From: Minisyncoccia bacterium
GTDB taxonomy: Bacteria > Patescibacteriota > Minisyncoccia > Phycocordibacterales > PALSA-1337
DNA: 58,465 bases
NCBI GenBank assembly: GCA_049997795.1
Contig: JBEKVT010000003.1
Location: forward strand, 1-58,465
Direction of reading: 5' to 3'
The stretch's first letter is position 1; each line of letters begins with the position of its first letter. A model generated the notes under the pieces. That model saw only the letters and a list, made by a program, of their open reading frames with translations, ran no database searches and had not been told where the DNA came from. Positions 27,476 through 36,529 of the stretch are shown here, one piece after another. The position numbers and the translations under genes were made by a program.

Positions 27476-27793
27476 TCACCCAAGCTTGTAGACATCCATC
27501 GCCACTTCTTCGTACGGATGAACTTTCTTTATAGCTGCGATCACGCTGCTTACCACAGCATCATCGCGCGTCACTTCAATCCGCTCTTCCTCGACTTCTT
27601 CCAATTTCCCCGCTATGCCGATATACGGCCGCGCCCCTTCCTCCGGCTTGAATCGTCCGACGCCTCGCACCGAGAAACTGCAGAGTGAATACTTCCCCAG
27701 CTTTCCCCCGCCCGCCGCGCCGATCGCTTGGCGCACCACTTCGGCGTAAGTTAGAGGGACATAGACAACGATTTTTGAGCAGGGGGTGGGCAT
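27476..27793 (-). CDS. small PII-like domain protein (YqfO/NIF3-insert-like)
   Basis: 105 aa. Pattern KIVVYVP...A..V..A...AGAG..G.Y..C.F...G.G.F.P......P.IG....E.VEE.RIE resembles the standalone YqfO insert domain family. Confidence 0.55.
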   Translation of the reverse strand: MPTPCSKIVVYVPLTYAEVVRQAIGAAGGGKLGKYSLCSFSVRGVGRFKPEEGARPYIGIAGKLEEVEEERIEVTRDDAVVSSVIAAIKKVHPYEEVAMDVYKLG

Positions 27794-27815
27794 GATCTAT
27801 GTTAATGAATTGTTA

Positions 27816-29504
27816 TTACCATTTATCTTTTTCCCCAAATATCCTCAACCTATCTTTAGGATGCTTCTGATTTAGCTTTCTTAAAATAGAGTTTGCGAGA
27901 GATCGAAAACCCTTCCAGCCGCCACCCTGTTGAGAAACGTAGGATCTACTGAACTTCATTCCTTTAAGAGGTTTCAAGTACTGTTCAAAATCAAGATCTG
28001 CTTTAGGATATTTTTCCATTATCCTTGATAAAACCAATAGTAAGGCATTTATACCAGCTGGTTTTAAAAGAGAATATTGTTTTATATTTTTCCATGGGTC
28101 TCTTCTTGGGCTTGTCTTTGTTGTATTTTTCTCAACCCCACCAAAATATCTACGTAAAAGATCCGACTGTTTTTTAAGAGAGCCCTGATTTTTTAAATTT
28201 TTCAACTGAGCCCTATCATTAAATGGAGCAAATTTAAATAGCACACCTTGATAATCATGTGCTTTCTTGTTAAATCCCAATAAGCCCTCCAAAAGACCAT
28301 ACCTAGCAAAGCTTGAAAGAGATATCGGTCTTCTCCCATCTAGTTCAGATATCTTTACCCTATCTTTGAACGATCCCTTCTTATTTAACTCTGATACAAG
28401 TAAACTTGGCCATGTGAGTTCATTAGTAAGGTCTGGCACTGATCTTGCTAAGTCGCACAAGAGGGTGGGGTCAATTTTCTTTTGGTTGTAGTTTATGCTA
28501 ACAAATGTTCGGTTCTGCATAACATCATCGAGTTTCCTAAAAGCCACAACAGGCAATTTAAATTCTTCTGCCGGATCATCAGGATCAGTGTCTTCAAACT
28601 TTGTACCTAGGAATCCAAATATCCGATGCTGTCCATCAATAATCCATGCGGAAGAATATATCTTTGGAAATTTCAAGATACCATTTGTATAGGATATCTT
28701 ACCCTGAATATCTTTATCATCATCAAATGCTAGAATGATCGCATTGGGCAAGATAGCTCCCTTCGACTTTATAAAATCAGAAACCTTTTTGATTCTATCT
28801 TTATTGAGAATACGCTGATAAGCCTCAGGTTTGCCCGAGGCTCTTCGAGAAACATAACCAATTTTTAATAAAACCGCAGGATAAACACCTAGTAGATACA
28901 TTTCCCAGTCACCCTGTCTTATCTGTACAGCCCCTTCTTTACATATCTGGCGCTCCTCAAAACTTATATTGAACTCTTTGTATAGCTCGTACTTAATCCA
29001 TTTTCCAAGCGTTCTACCAACCTTATTATAATAAATGACAGCATTATTATTCCAAGCGATAAAACCACGTCTTTGAAATGTCTTCGAAAGTGTGACGAAT
29101 TTCTCAACATCAAAATATTTCCCAAATACATAACATACTTTCACCTTATCTAAATTTTCAAGATCAGTTATCTTTATTTTATTATCCGCCGATGAAATCA
29201 GTTTTGACCTACCGCCTTGAATTTTTTGGATGTCTGCTTCCCAGGAACTAATTTCCTTATTTATTGAATCAAAATTTTTTCCTCCCTTACATTCAAATAT
29301 GAAAATAAACTTTTTACCTCTGTTTTTGCCATACATCACTACATCAGCAGAACGTTCCACTGTAAGATTTCCATCTTCCTCTTTATCCCCAGTAAAATTA
29401 AGAATAACCTCCTTGTCAGAAGAAATTTCACAGGTTGAGGCAATATCCTGAATCTTTCTTTTCAATCGTTTGTGCTCAACTGTCTCTTCGAGATTTGGGC
29501 TCAT
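27816..29504 (-). CDS. DGQHR-domain (DndB/ParB-like) protein with an N-terminal PD-(D/E)xK-like module
   Basis: 562 aa. Literal DGQHR motif (WIIDGQHRIFG), preceded by YQRILNKDRIKKVSDFI and followed by FVSINYNQKKIDP. The N-terminal ~190 aa carry SADVV...FIFIFECKG, a D...ExK nuclease-like signature. Confidence 0.8.
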   Translation of the reverse strand: MSPNLEETVEHKRLKRKIQDIASTCEISSDKEVILNFTGDKEEDGNLTVERSADVVMYGKNRGKKFIFIFECKGGKNFDSINKEISSWEADIQKIQGGRSKLISSADNKIKITDLENLDKVKVCYVFGKYFDVEKFVTLSKTFQRRGFIAWNNNAVIYYNKVGRTLGKWIKYELYKEFNISFEERQICKEGAVQIRQGDWEMYLLGVYPAVLLKIGYVSRRASGKPEAYQRILNKDRIKKVSDFIKSKGAILPNAIILAFDDDKDIQGKISYTNGILKFPKIYSSAWIIDGQHRIFGFLGTKFEDTDPDDPAEEFKLPVVAFRKLDDVMQNRTFVSINYNQKKIDPTLLCDLARSVPDLTNELTWPSLLVSELNKKGSFKDRVKISELDGRRPISLSSFARYGLLEGLLGFNKKAHDYQGVLFKFAPFNDRAQLKNLKNQGSLKKQSDLLRRYFGGVEKNTTKTSPRRDPWKNIKQYSLLKPAGINALLLVLSRIMEKYPKADLDFEQYLKPLKGMKFSRSYVSQQGGGWKGFRSLANSILRKLNQKHPKDRLRIFGEKDKW

Positions 29505-30415
29505 GGTAAATTCTTTATTCTCCTTAGACCAAAATTTAGGAACTTACTGTTCAATTCAATTCCAACAGAGTTCCTGTTTAACTTACCTGCGGCTACAGAG
29601 GTCGTAAATGTACCAGCAAAAGGATCTAATATAGTGTTGCCTTTATTACTACTGACTTTTATAAAGAGTTCTAGCAAGGCCAATGGTAGTTGGCAAGGAT
29701 GGTCTTTCCTTCTCAATTCAGCCAGTGAAGACACTGGTTTAAACTTACTATTTAAGTTTCTGAGACGGTCTTTTGAATTGTTTTTTAACAAATCGACGTC
29801 AATAACATCAACTAATCCTTTTTGTAATTCTATTAGGTCTAAAAACCGAAATAGATCATATGATGTTCTCCCTTTATGTCCCTGTGCGATTCTTTTTCTT
29901 ATGACAGGTGCTGTTGGATTTTTATAATGTTGAATCAGCTTCTCTCTATTAAAAGAATAGTTCTTTGTTTTTGTAAAAAACAATATGCTTCTTTGACTGC
30001 GTGTGTAATTTTTACTTGAATGGCCAATATTGGTAGGATAATGCCAGGTAATCCAACCGCGATAATTCAAGTTCAATTCATCCTCAAGAAAAGGAAGGAG
30101 GCGTGCACTGATTTCTGGATAACTAATTATATAAAAACTTCCTTTGTCGTTGAGTATTCTAGGAATATCCTTTAATCTACTTTTTAGCCACTTATAATAT
30201 TCTGACTGAGATCGCGAGTCATTAAACTTATCTCCATAATCAAGACCTTTATTGTATGGGGGGTCAGTGATAATAAGATCAATACTCCCTACAGGTAGAG
30301 ATTTTATAACTTCTTCACAATCTCCTTTAACTAGAAGATGTTTAGTGCGACCTTTTTTAATAAGATCTCTTTTAAAGCCGCCCCTTTTTACTGATTCAAT
30401 AATCTTCTGCATCAT
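29501..30415 (-). CDS. beta-class N4/N6 DNA methyltransferase
   Basis: 304 aa. Catalytic DPPY (IITDPPYNKG) precedes the SAM-binding DPFAGTFTT. This permuted order is typical of the N6_N4_Mtase family. Confidence 0.9.
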   Translation of the reverse strand: MMQKIIESVKRGGFKRDLIKKGRTKHLLVKGDCEEVIKSLPVGSIDLIITDPPYNKGLDYGDKFNDSRSQSEYYKWLKSRLKDIPRILNDKGSFYIISYPEISARLLPFLEDELNLNYRGWITWHYPTNIGHSSKNYTRSQRSILFFTKTKNYSFNREKLIQHYKNPTAPVIRKRIAQGHKGRTSYDLFRFLDLIELQKGLVDVIDVDLLKNNSKDRLRNLNSKFKPVSSLAELRRKDHPCQLPLALLELFIKVSSNKGNTILDPFAGTFTTSVAAGKLNRNSVGIELNSKFLNFGLRRIKNLP

Positions 30416-33400
30416 TATATTTTAACAATTTCCATAGTAATCTTTTCTGTTTCAACTAACACCGCAATTATTTTCTGATAGTGTTTAATCTCTTCACTAG
30501 TTAGCCTTTTCCCCTGCCGATCTTTCAACCACTTCTGTGCCGGCTGGTAGCCGCCTATATAGAAATTCCAGGCAGTCTCTGGCACACCGCCGAAATATTG
30601 CATTTTATTGATAAAGACTTTGTTGTCCTGATGCTTTGGATACTTCGCCTCGACAGTATCACTTCCGGATTCCGGGAATGTCGTTATGAGCGTATTCAGC
30701 TTCGGCGATTCCATGAGGTGAAGCTCGCGCAATTCCCTGCCCAAGGCCACAAGTAACTTGAATGATTCTGTATCTCTCGGATACGGCACGCGAGGATAAT
30801 CGATCTTAAGGAATTCCTTGTATTTCTCTCGATAAGTCGGAGAATATAAAACTGCGTAAATATAATCAAAAATGTCTTCAGGAAAAACCTCACCAACAAT
30901 TTTTTCTATTTGCTCAACAATTCCTTTTTGAAGATTTGGTAATTTCGAATTGTCATCGGCGTACAGGTAAAGTGGAAATACATATGTTTGATCACTTACG
31001 GCATGAATATCAGAAATATCCTTCGTGACAAGACTCCTATCAAAATCTTGAGTCGGTGGAATCATTCGGCTCGTAAGTAAAGACAGGTTGTCCTTACCAA
31101 CGATATTTTTATTTGTCTTTTCCCTTGGGTAAGCGATAAATCCTTTGGAATGACCCGTGTAGACTGTAAAACGCGTATCAAATGGTCTGTACTGAATTTT
31201 TTCAACCCTTGAACCATCCTGAAGATCTTTTTTTGCCCATTCAACTTTCCAATCTCGTCCATCTTCCGGTAGATGATATTTTTTACGAATTTCTTCAACT
31301 GGGAGATTTTGCATATCAACTGCAACAGTCTCAATATCTTCTTTGTCAAATCTTATGGTTAAATCATCACGCTTTGTCTGAATGCCAGAATTGTATTCAT
31401 TGAAAACCTCAATTACAGAGAACCCTTTCTTGTATTCACTCCCCGTACCAAAATCCTTCGGCACAAAGAAGTAATACGGCTCGGCATATTCGAGCTTGTT
31501 CCACTTCATCGTTGCCAGATCGCTTTTATTGAGCACTTCAAATTTGCTCTCGCGTTTTCCATATAATTCGGCGTGATACACAGTGCCCAGCTCTTTCTTT
31601 TTTCCTTCCTTTCGTACAAAGATTGAAATGGCTACGCCTTGCTGGATGTCAAAGACATTCTCATCTTTGCCGCCATTGGGCGCTTTCTCCTTCTTTTTGG
31701 AATTGCCGTGTAAATCAAGTATATAAATACTGTCGAAAGTTTCCAGTAAATGTTTCCTCATCTGCCGATGCGTAATGCCGTCAATGTACGAATTGTTGGT
31801 GATCATAGCCACGACACCACTCCCGTTCTTCTCGATAAAATGTTCCGAGAGGCGAAGGAATTTAATGTAATCATCGTCGAGGTTGATCTTGCGCTCGCCC
31901 AAATATTTTTTATAGACCTTGATAAGCTCTTGTATCCATTCACCTTTATTGGACGAGCTCACGCTATACGGCGGATTTCCCATAACCACCATGATTGGTG
32001 TTTCGTTCTTGATCTTGGCCGCGGCCTTGCTTTCATCGGTAATACTCTGCCCGAAACCGAATCCGAAGAGCGATTCTTCGACCTTAACTCCCTCCTCCAG
32101 CGAATTCGTCAGGTAAAACCCAAGGCGATGGTTGAAATCGGTGATGCCGCTGTCATGTAGAGTCATGGCAATCTTGAGGTGCGCAATAGTATATGGTGCC
32201 ATCATCAGTTCAAATCCATGCAAGCGCGGCAAAAGGTCGTTCTCGACATACGATTTCCATCTCCCTTCCTGATCTTTGAAACGCGCGAGGATATTTTTCA
32301 CCACTTCATTCAAGAAGGTGCCCGTCCCCATCGCCGGATCTAGAATCTGGACTTTATGAATAGATTCTTTACCGTTCTTACCTTGTTTAGTCGTCTTGAC
32401 TTCGATCTCTGTCGTATTGGAAAGCCCGCCGGCCAAGCCGAAGTCTTTTTCAAGGAGGTAATCGGTGGCACGGACGATGAATCGCACCACAGGTAAGGGT
32501 GTATAGAATGCTCCAAGCGCCTTGCGCTTCTCGGCATCGTACTCTTTCAGAAAATCCTCGTAGAAATGTATGACTGGATCAACCGACTCTTTGTCATCGG
32601 AGCCATGCAGACCTTTTTGCGTCACATAGGCGTTCATGAGGGCGTGGACATCAGCGTTCTTGAACACCTCGCACAGTTCATTGACAATGATGGCCAGGCG
32701 TATATCGAAATCCGCGCCAACGATATGATCAAAGAAACTGCGCAGGAACGGATTGGAATGCGGCACCAGGTCGCGTGCCTCGGCACGGGTGAAATTACCG
32801 GTAGTCTTATCTTCATATCGCGCTGCGAAGAGACCGTAGACCAGCGTCTGAGCATACATGTCAGCGAATTGATCTTCGGACAAGTCGTGAATCAAGATCT
32901 TTTTGAACGATTCATACATACGCCGAAGTTCCTCATTTCGTCCATGCGGATTAGACACATACTCGCTCACTTTAGAGCGAATACGCCGTGCCTTATCTCC
33001 CATGATTTTCGCCAGTTTAGTGCTTGAGGTAATTGCTTCAGTCTGTGTTAGAAAGGTCTTGATCGCATCCTCCAGATCAGCATATGCTTTTTCATTCGGC
33101 ACAATTTCATTGTTAACTAATTTCGCAACAATGATTGGCTCACCATATTTATTGCCATGCCGATAGAAGCGGAACTCCAGGTAGTTAGTAAGAATGAGCG
33201 AACCGTATTCGAGATACCGTTCCATCTGCTCACTCTTTTCAGTATCATCAAGATTCTCCTTCACATCCTTAGCTTCAGCATAGCCAGCGCTTAATTCTTT
33301 AGAACGCATCAAGGCGAAGTCTGGTGCGCCGTGCTCGGAATGCTTGGGATCGTTTATAGCCTGTAATCTCGGCACGACGGACTCAAAAAGTGCTTTCAGG

Positions 33401-33489
33401 GCAGGACGATAGGCGTGTTCAGTCGCCTGACCGCTCTTGAATTCAGCAATTATTGCGGAAATATAAACTTCAACCGGATTTTCTTTCAT
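30415..33489 (-). CDS. single-chain Type IIG/IIL-like restriction-modification enzyme (nuclease + gamma-class N6-adenine MTase + specificity domain)
   Basis: Start set at MKENPVEVY (33489). N-terminal GAPDFAL-x13-EAKD (PD..ExK). MTase motifs FYTP, DPAMGTGTF and NPPY. C-terminal YPRVPYP ... GGYQPAQKWLKDR as in type ISP / MmeI-like C-terminal domains. No helicase motifs. Confidence 0.8.
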   Translation of the reverse strand: MKENPVEVYISAIIAEFKSGQATEHAYRPALKALFESVVPRLQAINDPKHSEHGAPDFALMRSKELSAGYAEAKDVKENLDDTEKSEQMERYLEYGSLILTNYLEFRFYRHGNKYGEPIIVAKLVNNEIVPNEKAYADLEDAIKTFLTQTEAITSSTKLAKIMGDKARRIRSKVSEYVSNPHGRNEELRRMYESFKKILIHDLSEDQFADMYAQTLVYGLFAARYEDKTTGNFTRAEARDLVPHSNPFLRSFFDHIVGADFDIRLAIIVNELCEVFKNADVHALMNAYVTQKGLHGSDDKESVDPVIHFYEDFLKEYDAEKRKALGAFYTPLPVVRFIVRATDYLLEKDFGLAGGLSNTTEIEVKTTKQGKNGKESIHKVQILDPAMGTGTFLNEVVKNILARFKDQEGRWKSYVENDLLPRLHGFELMMAPYTIAHLKIAMTLHDSGITDFNHRLGFYLTNSLEEGVKVEESLFGFGFGQSITDESKAAAKIKNETPIMVVMGNPPYSVSSSNKGEWIQELIKVYKKYLGERKINLDDDYIKFLRLSEHFIEKNGSGVVAMITNNSYIDGITHRQMRKHLLETFDSIYILDLHGNSKKKEKAPNGGKDENVFDIQQGVAISIFVRKEGKKKELGTVYHAELYGKRESKFEVLNKSDLATMKWNKLEYAEPYYFFVPKDFGTGSEYKKGFSVIEVFNEYNSGIQTKRDDLTIRFDKEDIETVAVDMQNLPVEEIRKKYHLPEDGRDWKVEWAKKDLQDGSRVEKIQYRPFDTRFTVYTGHSKGFIAYPREKTNKNIVGKDNLSLLTSRMIPPTQDFDRSLVTKDISDIHAVSDQTYVFPLYLYADDNSKLPNLQKGIVEQIEKIVGEVFPEDIFDYIYAVLYSPTYREKYKEFLKIDYPRVPYPRDTESFKLLVALGRELRELHLMESPKLNTLITTFPESGSDTVEAKYPKHQDNKVFINKMQYFGGVPETAWNFYIGGYQPAQKWLKDRQGKRLTSEEIKHYQKIIAVLVETEKITMEIVKI

Positions 33490-33535
33490 TCGTACAATTC
33501 TAACACTTTTGAGAAAATTCGATACTTTAAGGAAA

Positions 33536-33931
33536 CTACTTCCCAAACTCTTCATCCTCGACATCCTTCTCGGCATCGGCCTTGGTCTTGTGGACCCGGC
33601 CGGCGATGTGATTGGCGGGGGCATAGACGGTGTAGAGCTTCATGGGAACGGCGCCGGTATTGACGATATTGTGCTCGGAGCCGGCGGGCACGAGAAGAGC
33701 GGAGCCGTCCTCGACGGGGTATTCCTTGCCGTCGATCACCGCCTTGCCGAGGCCGGCCTCGAAGCGGAAGAATTGGTCGACGTGGTGGACTTCGGCGCCG
33801 ATCTCTTCGCCGGGCAGGAGCGACATCAGGACGAGCTGGCTATGGGCCGCCGTGTAGAGGACCCGGCGGAAATCCGTGTTCTCCAAGGTGAGCTTCTCGA
33901 TGTCGGCGCTGTATGGTTTTAGGTCATTCAT
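33536..33931 (-). CDS. cupin domain protein
   Basis: 131 aa. Cupin motifs G.E...H.H....E (GEEIGAEVHHVDQFFRFEAG) and the second motif VPAGSEHNIVN. GC-rich like the backbone. Confidence 0.8.
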   Translation of the reverse strand: MNDLKPYSADIEKLTLENTDFRRVLYTAAHSQLVLMSLLPGEEIGAEVHHVDQFFRFEAGLGKAVIDGKEYPVEDGSALLVPAGSEHNIVNTGAVPMKLYTVYAPANHIAGRVHKTKADAEKDVEDEEFGK

Positions 33932-33938
33932 GATGCCT

Positions 33939-34469
33939 CTAGTGTAGCAGATCCTTGGTCAGTCTCAAGGTCAGCTTCGCTTTCAATGGCTTGCCCTGCG
34001 ATCTTGATTCGATGAATGTGAGGGCTTCATGCAGACCGTCGAGGCTTTCCTGGGATTTGGCAAGCGTGCGCCGGTTGAGGGCATAACTTTTGACCAGATA
34101 GTCGTGCAGGATCCTCGTCGCCCAGATGCGGAATTGAGTGGCTTTCTTGGAATTAATGCGATAACCGACAGCAATTATGACATCGAGATTATGAAATCTA
34201 GTGAGGTATTGCTTGCCGTCTTTGGCAGTTAGTAAGAAATCCTTACTAACTGAATTCTCATTGAGCTCTCTTGTCTTAAAGATATTTTTGAGATGCATAG
34301 TGACGTTAGGCCTTGATACTTGGAAAAGTCGCGCAATCTGCTCTTGCGTCGCCCACATCGTATCCTTCTCGACATCGGCGCGCAGTTCGACATTGCCGCG
34401 CTTGTCGGTGTAGAGAACGATCTTGTTATTGGGATCCTTGATAGTCTGGCTCGTCTTGATTTTAATCAT
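33939..34469 (-). CDS. RhuM-family (virulence-associated, Fic/DOC-neighbour type) protein, short form
   Basis: 176 aa. Pattern LYTDKRGNVELRADVEKDTMWATQEQIARLFQVSRPNVTMHLKNIF...FHNLDVIIAVGYRINSKKATQFRIWAT is typical of the RhuM N-terminal region. Full-length family members are usually about twice as long. Confidence 0.7.
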   Translation of the reverse strand: MIKIKTSQTIKDPNNKIVLYTDKRGNVELRADVEKDTMWATQEQIARLFQVSRPNVTMHLKNIFKTRELNENSVSKDFLLTAKDGKQYLTRFHNLDVIIAVGYRINSKKATQFRIWATRILHDYLVKSYALNRRTLAKSQESLDGLHEALTFIESRSQGKPLKAKLTLRLTKDLLH

Positions 34470-34610
34470 ATAGAATAATGACCAGTTATTAATCCCCGGA
34501 TCAAAAATCTGCCCACCTGTGTGAGCGACTTCCGATCATGGGGCATCACGACCGGCTGGCCGTGCATATAATGGGTTGATTATACTCCTATCCCCATTCC
34601 AGCGATACTA

Positions 34611-35075
34611 CTACACCCACCTCCTGACCTTCTTCTTGTACTCGAGGTAGCTTTCCCCGAACTTCCCCTCCAGGTACCGCTCCTCGCGGCGGATGACGCC
34701 GTAATGGATGACGAGGACGATAGGCACGAGGATCGCGAGGAGCCAGACCATGTCAAAGAAGAGGGCTATGCCGATATACAGGAGGACGAGCGAGAGGTAC
34801 AAGGGATTGCGGGTGTATCTGAAAGGGCCCGTGGAGACGATGGCCAGGGCCGGCTTGCGGACGTCGATATTCGTGCCGATCCTGTGCATGGCGCGGAAGC
34901 CCGAGAGGGCCAGGATGCCGCTTATGAGGGCTACGATCCAGCCGACGGTCTTCCAGGCGATCCCGGAAAATACATGGACCGGCAGGAGCCATTGAAGGAT
35001 CAATGCGATGAAAAATCCGCCGAGGAAAACGAACGGCGGGATGGCGACGACGTGCGGGGAGTCTGGTTCGGTCAT
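34611..35075 (-). CDS. isoprenylcysteine carboxyl methyltransferase (ICMT/PEMT-like) family membrane protein
   Basis: 154 aa, polytopic. Conserved GPFRYTRNPLYL and REERYLEGKFG motifs. Confidence 0.85.
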   Translation of the reverse strand: MTEPDSPHVVAIPPFVFLGGFFIALILQWLLPVHVFSGIAWKTVGWIVALISGILALSGFRAMHRIGTNIDVRKPALAIVSTGPFRYTRNPLYLSLVLLYIGIALFFDMVWLLAILVPIVLVIHYGVIRREERYLEGKFGESYLEYKKKVRRWV

Positions 35076-35106
35076 GGGATGATTATATCATCCCGGCTGC
35101 CGATCT

Positions 35107-36342
35107 TTACACGAACGTCAGGGCCTTGCCTTTCTTCCCCGCCCGGCCGGTGCGACCGATCCTGTGGACGTAGTCTTCGTAGGTAGCTGGGGTGTCGTAA
35201 TTGATGACGTGGGAGACGCCGGAGATGTCGAGGCCGCGGGCGGCCACGTCGGTGGCGCAAAGGATCTTCACATGATGGTCGGTGAAGAGCCTAAGGGCCT
35301 TGACCCGCTGGTTCTGATTCTTGTTGCCGTGGATGGACTCGGCGACGTGGCCGGCGGCGCAAAGGTTGCGGGCCAGGCGCTCCACGCCGTACTTGGTCTT
35401 GCCGAAGATGAGCACCTTGTCGAATTCCGGGTTGCGGAGGAGGGCGCAGAGGATCTCGAACTTGTTCTGGCCGACCGGCACGCGGACGACGTCCTGTTCC
35501 ACCTGTTCGGCCGTGTCGCCCGTCTTGACCGAGATCACGACCGGGTCCTTCAGGAATACCTTGATCAAGTTGTCGACTTCGCGCGAGGTCGTGGCCGCGA
35601 AGAAGAGCGTATGGCGGCAGGCCGGCATCTTCGACAGCATGAACTTCACGTCGCCGATGAATCCCATGTCGAGCATCCGGTCGGCCTCATCGAGGACCAC
35701 CGTGGCGAACTTCGAGAGGTCTATCTTGCCGCGCTCCATGAGGTCTTTCAAGCGTCCGGGTGTGCCGATAATGAATTGCGTCGGCTTGGAAAGCCATTTC
35801 ATCTGCAAGACTATAGAAGCACCGCCGACGCAGGAGACGGCGTGAAGGTTCATATGGGCCGAGAAGCCCTTGAACTCGCTCTCTATCTGAAGGGCCAGCT
35901 CCCTGGTCGGCACGACGATCAGAACTTTCTCCTTGGGAGACAGGAGCACTTTGTTGATGAGCGGGATAAGGAAGGCCGCGGTCTTGCCTGTGCCCGTATT
36001 GGCCAGGCCGACCAGGTCGGCGCCGCGCAGGATGTGCGGGATGGTCTTGTCCTGGATGGGGGTCGGCACGAAATATCCCTTGCTGGCGATATTCGTCTTC
36101 AGCCGGTTGTCTATCTGGAAATCCGTGAACGAGTGTTCGGGCACGAAATGGGCCGTCTTCTCGGTGATGGTCGCCTTGTTGATGAATTTGGAGACGTCGA
36201 TGTGACGGGCGAAACCGCCGCCCGGCGAGCGCCTGCCTGCTCCGCCGCGAAAACCGCCGTCTTTCCTGCCCGGCTTGCCTCGATAGTGGAATTGTCTTTG
36301 TGGGCCGCTAGGGCCTGCGTTCCTGAATCTTTTCTGATACAT
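35107..36342 (-). CDS. DEAD-box ATP-dependent RNA helicase
   Basis: 411 aa. RGG-rich N-terminus, Q motif, TGTGKTAAF, DEAD (VLDEADRM), AAT, HRIGRTGRAG. Confidence 0.93.
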   Translation of the reverse strand: MYQKRFRNAGPSGPQRQFHYRGKPGRKDGGFRGGAGRRSPGGGFARHIDVSKFINKATITEKTAHFVPEHSFTDFQIDNRLKTNIASKGYFVPTPIQDKTIPHILRGADLVGLANTGTGKTAAFLIPLINKVLLSPKEKVLIVVPTRELALQIESEFKGFSAHMNLHAVSCVGGASIVLQMKWLSKPTQFIIGTPGRLKDLMERGKIDLSKFATVVLDEADRMLDMGFIGDVKFMLSKMPACRHTLFFAATTSREVDNLIKVFLKDPVVISVKTGDTAEQVEQDVVRVPVGQNKFEILCALLRNPEFDKVLIFGKTKYGVERLARNLCAAGHVAESIHGNKNQNQRVKALRLFTDHHVKILCATDVAARGLDISGVSHVINYDTPATYEDYVHRIGRTGRAGKKGKALTFV

Positions 36343-36529
36343 GATTGCCCTGTTGTCGGGCGTTTATTCTTCCCAACAAGGCCTTTAGGGGACTATGGTG
36401 AGAGGTTACTGTGATCTGACTATATATCATCCCGGAAGAAAAGTCAAACCCTTATCCCCTGAACCCTTGTCTTGCCGCAATAAAAAGCCGCGCGGAAGCG
36501 CGGCTCGGTCTTTCACTTCTCTTGCTCCC

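Larger units (their letters stand above)
27794..33535 (-). other. AT-rich horizontally acquired restriction/modification-like island
   Basis: Abrupt drop in G+C (by eye) relative to both flanks. Three co-directional genes with overlapping stop and start codons. Confidence 0.75.

Noticed and set aside
33490-33624. 45-codon N-terminal extension of the Type IIG-like ORF.
   Set aside because: It is GC-rich and P/R-rich, and it overlaps the 3' end of the cupin gene. The composition switches to AT-rich exactly at the ATG at 33489.
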